From: Proteromonas lacertae
Taxonomy: Eukaryota
Direction: 5' to 3'
Assembly: GCA_002245135.1 (NCBI GenBank)
Contig: NGBS01000048.1
Location: forward strand, 1-45,736
DNA length: 45,736 bases
The position numbers and the translations under genes were made by a program. Below, in pieces: positions 38,686 to 45,736 of the stretch (its first letter is position 1; every line of letters begins with the position of its first letter). The notes below the pieces were generated by a model, which did no database searches, was not told the DNA's origin, and saw only the letters and a list, made by a program, of their open reading frames with translations.

Positions 38686-38852
38686 TTATTAATTATTAAT
38701 ACTTTCTTTGATTGAATTTTGTTTTTTTATTGGTTGATTAAAAATAACATAAGCCAATAAATTAATCGAAAATCCAAGTGTTTTTTAACACTATAATTTC
38801 GATAAGATTTTCATTTGAAATTTTCTTGCTTCTTTTTTTTAAAAAAAAGACA

Positions 38853-39365
38853 ATGAATAACTCTAATATTGATAATATATATAGAAAATGTAGCACATGT
38901 AATCATAAGTATAAAATAGAATTATTTGGTAAATATAAGAATGGTAAATATCATAAATGTTGTAGAAGGTGTAGAAATATAACTAAAATACATGATAGAA
39001 AAGTTAGAGAATATTTAAAGTTAATTCCATTACCAATAAATAATAAATCAGTGAAAAAATGTAGCACTTGTTATAAAATATGTAATTTAGATAATTTTAA
39101 GAAGAATGAAGATGGATCTTATAATAAAACATGTAATCATTGTAGAGAGATTAATATAAAAAATAGATTAAAAAGATATAAAGAAGCTATAGAATCTCAT
39201 ATAAAAAATGAATCTGTGAAACAATGTAGTTACTGTTTTAATGAATATAGTTTAAATTCCTTTTATAAAAAGAAAGATGGTTCATATTTTAAATTATGTC
39301 CTAATTGTATTTTTAAAGCAAGAGAACGATATAATCAATTAAAAAAAATAAATGATAATCATTGA
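38853..39365 (+). CDS. Element protein with three CxxC..CxxC zinc-ribbon repeats
   Basis: KCSTC..F..YKNGKYHKCCRRCR; KCSTC..F.KNEDGSYNKTCNHCR; QCSYC..F.KKKDGSYFKLCPNC; true ATG at 38853. Confidence 0.8.
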   Translation: MNNSNIDNIYRKCSTCNHKYKIELFGKYKNGKYHKCCRRCRNITKIHDRKVREYLKLIPLPINNKSVKKCSTCYKICNLDNFKKNEDGSYNKTCNHCREINIKNRLKRYKEAIESHIKNESVKQCSYCFNEYSLNSFYKKKDGSYFKLCPNCIFKARERYNQLKKINDNH

Positions 39366-39456
39366 ATTATAAATATCGATTTTTATTGGGTTTTTCATAA
39401 TTTATCATTTTACTTTCATTTTCATTTTTCTTGCTCTTTTTCTAAAAATATAAAAA

Positions 39457-40155
39457 ATGAGTTATTTTGAAGATGAAAATATAGAAGGATTAAAAACATG
39501 TTGTCGTACATGTGGCACTATATACAATCTTTATGAAATGGGAAGAAAATCAAATGGTTCTATATATAAAACTTGTATAGCATGCAGAGAAAAATTACGA
39601 TTACAGTATAAAAATAAAAAGGAGTCTGTTCCATCTTTATCTGAAGAAAAAGGGTTAATTAGTAATCCATATTTATCAATTAATGATGAAATTGATAGAA
39701 CAAGATTTGCTAAGTGTGGTAAGTGTAAGAAGATGTTTAGACTAACTGATTTGACTAAAAATACTAAAACTAATGAATATTTTCATCAGTGCAATCAGTG
39801 TAGAGCATATTGTAAGTGTTATAAGAATTTATTAAAACAAAAGAAATCAATTCTTAATTTAATGCATGAGGTATTTCAGTGTAGATGCTGTTCATTGTTC
39901 TATGATAATGATTATTTAGGTAAAGAAGAATTAAATGATAAAGTTATGACATTTTTATGTAAAGGTTGTCTTAGATTTAAGTTAAGATTAAAAACATATA
40001 AAAATTTATATAAAGATGAAGTTATAAGTGATAGTCAACTGATGAGATGTTATTATTGCGGTATGTTGAGAAAAAAAGAAATAATGACTTATCAAAACAT
40101 TTGTAATATCTGTATTAAAAAATACCATCATTGTTTAAAAAAACATTCAATATAA
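39457..40155 (+). CDS. Element protein with four CxxC..CxxC zinc-ribbon repeats
   Basis: CRTC..KSNGSIYKTCIACR; CGKC..EYFHQCNQCR; CRCC..CKGC; CYYC..CNIC. Confidence 0.8.
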   Translation: MSYFEDENIEGLKTCCRTCGTIYNLYEMGRKSNGSIYKTCIACREKLRLQYKNKKESVPSLSEEKGLISNPYLSINDEIDRTRFAKCGKCKKMFRLTDLTKNTKTNEYFHQCNQCRAYCKCYKNLLKQKKSILNLMHEVFQCRCCSLFYDNDYLGKEELNDKVMTFLCKGCLRFKLRLKTYKNLYKDEVISDSQLMRCYYCGMLRKKEIMTYQNICNICIKKYHHCLKKHSI

Positions 40156-40225
40156 TTTTTTTGTTAAATATATAGTTATTGTTTTATTTAGGTATTTCTT
40201 ATCATATTAGAGTTAAAAATATATA

Positions 40226-40573
40226 ATGAATATTTCATCAAATACATCTTTAATGAATTCATTAAAAGATGTATCAACTACAATTGATTCACTTAAAAAT
40301 GAGATGTATATAGTATTATTTTTGTTAGGTTTATGGGTTTTAAATAAAATTAAAAAAATATGTGTGTATTTATATCGGAGACATTGCCCAGAAGATATAT
40401 CAAAAATATTAGATGAACCTGTAACACCAATAACAACAATACCAATGTCGACTTTTATGACTAGATCAATGCCTCCACCTTCACCAAAAGTATCAAGAGT
40501 TCATTCAAATAGATCACTTAATACATATATAGAAGATATTGATATAGATATGAATGAAAAAAAGAATAATTAG
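40226..40573 (+). CDS. Small single-pass membrane protein (element)
   Basis: Hydrophobic MYIVLFLLGLWVL followed by basic residues and a Pro/Thr-rich tail; intronless. Confidence 0.6.
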   Translation: MNISSNTSLMNSLKDVSTTIDSLKNEMYIVLFLLGLWVLNKIKKICVYLYRRHCPEDISKILDEPVTPITTIPMSTFMTRSMPPPSPKVSRVHSNRSLNTYIEDIDIDMNEKKNN

Positions 40574-40705
40574 TATATAATATATATATAACTTATATAA
40601 TAGATATAAAACCCAAAACAAAACAAAAAAATAATTCAATTCTTTAAAGTACCTTTTTAATATAAAGATAAGGTATAACTTAACAAAGTGTTTTTTATGA
40701 TTTGT

Positions 40706-42306
40706 TTATTGTAAGAAATCATCAAATATACTACCATCATAAGCTGGACTAAATTCAATATCATCTGGTTCATTAGTGATTATATTACCATCTTCATCAA
40801 AGTTTAATTCAGGATTTTCTTCTTTTAATTTTTGTACATATACTTTTTTTAAAGCAGCTATTTGCTTTTCCAATTCATTCTCATATTCCAATTTTCGTTT
40901 GAAGACATCATACTGAACTTGACCTGAATTCTTTACAATTGTACCAAACGGTTTTGGTACAATCTTTACCAAAGGTTTCGGAGGTAATGGTGGTGGTAGT
41001 GATTGATTTATTATTGGTGGTGGTTCATTAATTGAAACATCTATTTTCGGAGCTATCGGTTTTAATGATGGTTGAATAAATCGATTTCTTGTTGCCCAAT
41101 TGTGTTTGGTATAATGTTCCGGTTCTGATTTTGCTTGCTCTATTTCCTTTATAGTATTCGGATTAATGATACTTTTTGGTGTACTAATATTATCATCATT
41201 ATCCTTAGATTTATCTGTTTTTGATACATCAGCAGCTTTTGGTACATCAACCATTTTATCAATAACCTTTACATCAACAACTTTATCAACCTTTTTATCA
41301 GCAATAACTTTAGCTACATCATCCTTTTTATCAACAACTTTTGGTGCATCAACAACCTTTTTATCACTAACCTTTTTATCATCAACCTTTTCAGCATCAA
41401 CAACTTTATCAACCTTTTTATCAACAGTAACTTTAGCTACATCAACCTTTTTATCAACAACTTTTGGTACATCAACAACCTTTTTATCACTAACCTTTTT
41501 ATCATCAACCTTTTCATCATCAACAACTTTATCAACCTTTTTATCAGCAGTATCTTTAGCTACATCAACCTTTTTATCAACAACTTTTGGTACATCATCA
41601 ACCTTTTTATCAGCATCAACTTTAACATCCTTTACATTATCAACCTTTACATCATCAACAACTTTAGCTTTTACAATGTTTATTTTAATGACTTCATTAT
41701 CATCATCTTCAAAATCATCATCTTCACATACCCAGTCTGTTTCTTTATCATTTAATGCTTCATCATTTAATTCTTTGAGACTCTTTTAGCCTTTTTAGCA
41801 GATGGTTTCCTTGTAACAACTTTACGAATTTTTTTAGGTTTATCATTAGTATAAATATCTACATTATCATTGTTTGATTTTCTCTTTACACCACCTAATA
41901 ATTTTACATCTGAATCAAAGTTGTGTCCAACAGCATATGGACTTATTGATAAAACATCATCTAGACCTTTAAAGACATTAGCATTTACATAAGACGGATT
42001 TTTGTTAATACAACTAAAGAAGTGGTTTATTGCTTCTGCATACTGGATGACTGATGTTAAAGATAATAAACTTGGTGAATTGGAATAATGAATGTATTTA
42101 ATTTTATCATCACAAAAATTTATTATATGTGATGATAACATTTTAATCTTGATCCATTCTTTTACATCTATGGCATTGTAGCTCTTTCTACTAAACCACT
42201 GAGCTATACCTTCATGTTGCTGAGACTTCTTAACAACTTTTGATGTTTTTGATAAAGAATTTTCTTCTTCAACTCTTGGTGAACTGTGCTTAACACGAAT
42301 ACTCAT
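40706..42306 (-). CDS. Element protein (~530 aa) with V/D/K-rich tandem repeats; one apparent frameshift near 41775
   Basis: ORF 41767-42306 continues after a one-base shift into ELNDEALNDKETDW..(VDKK repeats)..MVDVPK, i.e. ORF 40706-41254. Confidence 0.7.
41272..41610. repeat. 123-bp (41-codon) tandem repeat, about 2.7 copies
   Basis: Unit starts CATCAACAACTTTATCAACC at 41272, 41395 and 41518. Confidence 0.92.
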
Positions 42307-42497
42307 TTTTTAAAAAGTAAATGCGAAATAAGTGATGAGAAAATAGGAAATGAAAAATGATTTCAGAATCAAGAGAAACCGTTTTTATAGAAATGTTTGA
42401 TGATTTCAAGCTTAATTTAATAAAATCAAAAATATTAAATGATATAGTTAATTTAATTTTTTATTTTTATGTATATCTTGAATTAGGTCTTATAGTT

Positions 42498-43630
42498 CTA
42501 CCCAAAAGAACTCTTTCTTATGTTTTTAGGTACAACATATGCTACTATATCATTTTTATCACTATCATTTTTGTTTGAATTTATGCTTTTTATTGCACTT
42601 AATCTAAATCTACCTTTAGTTTTAATTGCATTCTTAATTTTTCTTAATTCATAAGGTTTAAATTTAAATAATCCAAGGTTTTTAGGATTAAATTCAGAAG
42701 GAATTGATCCATCTATATTCTTTAATGAATAAGAAAAAGGTGTCTTTTTATCAATCATATAAACTTTATCACTAAAATATCTGCTTTTATCTAATTTATT
42801 TCTTCTTCTCTCTTTAACTCTAACATATTCATTTTTATTAAATTTAGTATCTTTAATCTTCGTTCTTTATTTCTTTGCCTTGATTCTTTATAAAACAAAT
42901 CTTGTAATTCAAAATCATTATGAACTTCATTTGGTGTATACCCATTAAGCGAACTATGTGGTTTTGAATTATAATATAATACTACAGTATTTACTATATT
43001 AATTAGACCATTAAGATTATTTAATTTATTAAATTCTTCATCATCTAAAGTATTTAAGTATCTATAGAACATATTTTTGATAGTTCTTACTGCACTATCT
43101 AGTATCTTCATTATATTATGTTCATCAGTATCTTTCATTATAAATCTAATATTGTTTTTATTAAATAGCTGTAAGAACTTATTACCATATATCACACCTG
43201 ATTCTTGATCCATTAAAATAGAACCTACAAATCTAGCATTTTCATCAGTATGTGCTAAATCTTGATAAAACCATTTTTCAAATACTGGAAATACGCTTGA
43301 TTCAGTTTTACTTTTAACATAATATATCCACACTTTTCTACTAACTACTTCAATAATAAATAAAAAAGGTATGTTTGTATTATTGAAAAAAATAATATCC
43401 ATTTGATATGAACCAGGTATCTTTTCTATCTCATACTTTATTTTTATTCTATTTTTAACTGCTACTTGATAATCTGGTTTTGATTCAACTAACTCTTTAG
43501 CAGTTCTTGTTATATCAGGTTTTGAATACTTTGATGATAATTCATCAACACTAAATTTTATAAAATCACTTTTATTTAAATAACCAAAGTCTTTATATAA
43601 TTCATTTATTTTATGTTGTAAATCAGACAT
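42498..43630 (-). CDS. Retroviral-like (rve) integrase of Polinton/Maverick type; one apparent frameshift near 42853
   Basis: YQMDII..FLFIIEVVSRKVWIYYVKSK..LMDQES..F..NNI..HNIMKILDSAVRTIK..YNSKPHSSLNGYTPNEV, then after the shift FNKNEYVRV..FSDKVYMI..YSLKNIDG..FKPYELRKI. No N-terminal HHCC, no adjacent RT/RNase H. Confidence 0.9.
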
Positions 43631-43678
43631 TTTATTTAAAAAATAAACAAATATATAATAATAAAGAATTATAATTTT

Positions 43679-45736
43679 TTATTTTTTATGATGTCTATCT
43701 TTAAGCCACTTATAATATAATTCTATATCTGCTTTACTTAAACGACATCTAGTAGGATCAATACCATTACTTAAAATTGTATTAAAAAATTCTTCTCTTG
43801 CTTCATCACTACTAAATCTTAATGTATGTAATTGTGAATTATTATTTATATCATTATCATTTCTAATAGGTTTATAAAAAGTATTATCACCTACAGCCAT
43901 AATTGAATCTGGATCATCATCATAATCTTTTTCTTTTTCAGTATTTGTTACTGTAACTAATTCTTTATTATTTGTAGCTGCTACCTTCATTTTGTTGATT
44001 ATTAACTAATGTTATATCAATTTTTCTTCTTTTGTTAATACTTTTTGTTTTAACTTTTTATTATCATCAGTAATAAAATCTTTGTTATAATATTTTGAAT
44101 TTTTACGTCTCTCATCATTACTTCTTAATACTCTACCTGGTAATGGTGGTGGTGGTTCATTAATTAATGTTTTCTTTCTTCTTACAGTTTTCTGTTTTTC
44201 AGACTCTTCTAATTCTTTTAATCTTATTTCTTTTAATCTTTCTCTTCTTGCTGCTTTTTCATCTCTTGCAAGTTTTTCTTGTAATAATTTTAATTCTTTT
44301 TCTTTCTTATCTGCCTCTGAAGCATTTTTTATTGTATGAAGAATATTATTAATAACTTCTGTTGTTTTTATACCCACCATTTTTAACTACATCAATTGCT
44401 TTAGATGTAAGATTTATAAAATCATTTAACATATTTCTTCCATTTTCTTCTATATTTATATAATGATTTTGAATAGTAGGTTGTGGTGGTGGAGGTTCTT
44501 CAATTGGTTGAGTCTCTTGTACATTAGAAATATCTAAAGGAGGAACTTGATGATGAGGTACTGGTAGTGACGGTGGTAGTGGTTCTTGAATAGGTAATGG
44601 TTCTTGTATATCTTCTATATCATCTTCTATTTCATTATTGTTATCATGAAGTGATATAGTAGGAATTTCAAATGTTTTACTACTTTTATTTTTCTTACTT
44701 CTATTATATTTTCTTTTCTTATTTTTATAAAATGAATAAGTATTTCCATCTTCATCTTCATAAACCATCATCATTATAATCTGTAATAAAATCTTTATAT
44801 TTTGATGGCCTTTTTTTAATTCTTTTACCTAATAATGAATCATCTGTATTTGTTTCTACATCTCTAGTAACTTCATTTACAGTATTTGTTGATTCATCAT
44901 TTATGAAATAGTAAAGGACTAGTTGATTCATCATTTAATGAAATAGATATAGGACTTGTTGATTCATCATTATGTGGTGGTGGGGCAGGATGATTAATTA
45001 TTATAGGTGGTGGAGGATGTATTTCTTGTTGGCTTTGTAATTGTTCTAACTGGTTTTCTAATTTCTCAATTTCAAACAAATATGTATCTCTTTCTTTTTC
45101 TAATTCATAAATTGTTTGATTCATTATTCCTCCTTGTTGAGATATTTGTATTAACTGTTCATTTATTTGTTTTGTATATTTTTTTAATTCTTCTTGTAAT
45201 CTTTCTCTCTCACGTATTTCATCTTGTAATTGATTTTCTATTTCTCTTTGTCTATTTATATTATCATTTGGTTCAATATCTATATTATTTCCCATTATTA
45301 ATCTGATTCGATGATTATTAGAATTTATAATATTAGTTGAATCACTAAGAATTAATGAATTATCATTATTATTAATTATTAAATCAGTTGATCCGTTATC
45401 TATAAATGTTCTTGAAGGTGTATTGTTTAACGAAACAACTAAAGGTTGCATATCATTACTAGGAGGGAATATTACTCTTAATCTTCTATTAACTGTATCA
45501 GTTGATGTACTAGTATCTGATACTGATGGAGGAGGTTCTTGTATTTCTACATCATCATATCTTTGATGAATTAAATCTCTATTTGTATATTGATTTATTA
45601 TTATGAGGTCTTGTACTAGTTAATATTCTTCTAGGTGATCTAACAATTGAATCTATATGATTTCTATCATTAACTATTCCTATATTTGGTATATCAGTTG
45701 ATGTACTAGTATCTGATACTGGTGGAGGAGGTTCTT
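43679..45736 (-). CDS. Long Pro/Asn/Glu-rich coiled-coil element protein, fragmented by several frameshifts; starts beyond the right edge
   Basis: ORFs 44897-45451, 44349-44774, 44012-44380 and possibly 43679-43990 overlap or abut on one strand and share EPPPP motifs; joining is inferred. Confidence 0.5.
45496..45736. repeat. 45-bp direct repeat (45496-45540 and 45692-45736, one mismatch)
   Basis: TATCAGTTGATGTACTAGTATCTGATACTGRTGGAGGAGGTTCTT twice; encodes EPPPSVSDTSTSTD-like peptide on the minus strand. Confidence 0.92.

Larger units (their letters stand above)
37592..45736. mobile_element. Left portion of a large Polinton/Maverick-like or virus-like integrated element (continues beyond window)
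   Basis: Polinton-type rve integrase, near-intronless orphan ORFs, CxxC zinc-ribbon genes, interruption of a host gene, candidate (AG)TGT terminus. Boundary approximate; no pPolB, ATPase or capsid gene in view. Confidence 0.75.

Noticed and set aside
41272..41610. CRISPR-like array
   Set aside because: Contiguous coding tandem repeat without unique spacers; eukaryotic context and no cas genes.
41166..41789. 207-aa plus-strand Ser/Thr/Phe repeat ORF
   Set aside because: Antisense shadow of the VDKK repeat, which is in frame with the minus-strand gene.
42498..43630. LTR retrotransposon pol remnant
   Set aside because: Standalone ORF with its own ATG, no HHCC motif, no RT, RNase H or gag nearby, and a Polinton-style C-terminus.

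Overview
Very AT-rich, gene-dense eukaryotic DNA with many tiny (about 25-35 nt) GT-AG introns and very short head-to-head intergenic gaps. This style, plus the expanded putative-Ig surface proteins, suggests an Opalinata stramenopile (Blastocystis/Proteromonas-like); that assignment is inference. Bases 1 to ~37.6 kb hold about 18 host genes: TBL3/UTP13, a MAP kinase kinase, a SPATA4-like CH protein, a YjjX-type ITP/XTPase, two paralogous GPI-type surface proteins, a BTB-Ig-SPRY protein, a ~2000-aa Ig/PA14 type I membrane protein, TMEM144, SF3A1, a type I membrane protein with a CBM20-like tail, a divergent Hsp70/Hsp110, a truncated DRC7, APC4, a 59-aa three-exon Tom6-like gene missing from the ORF track, and an EGF-like secreted gene that is cut off. 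From ~37.6 kb to the window end the architecture switches to a near-intronless block with a Polinton/Maverick-type rve integrase (apparent D,D36,D triad), two CxxC zinc-ribbon genes, repeat proteins and a short telomeric repeat near its left end. This is best read as the left part of a large integrated Polinton-like or virus-like element; no polymerase, packaging ATPase or capsid gene is visible in this window. Many single-base frameshifts sit in homopolymers and are probably long-read errors, so gene models were joined by eye.
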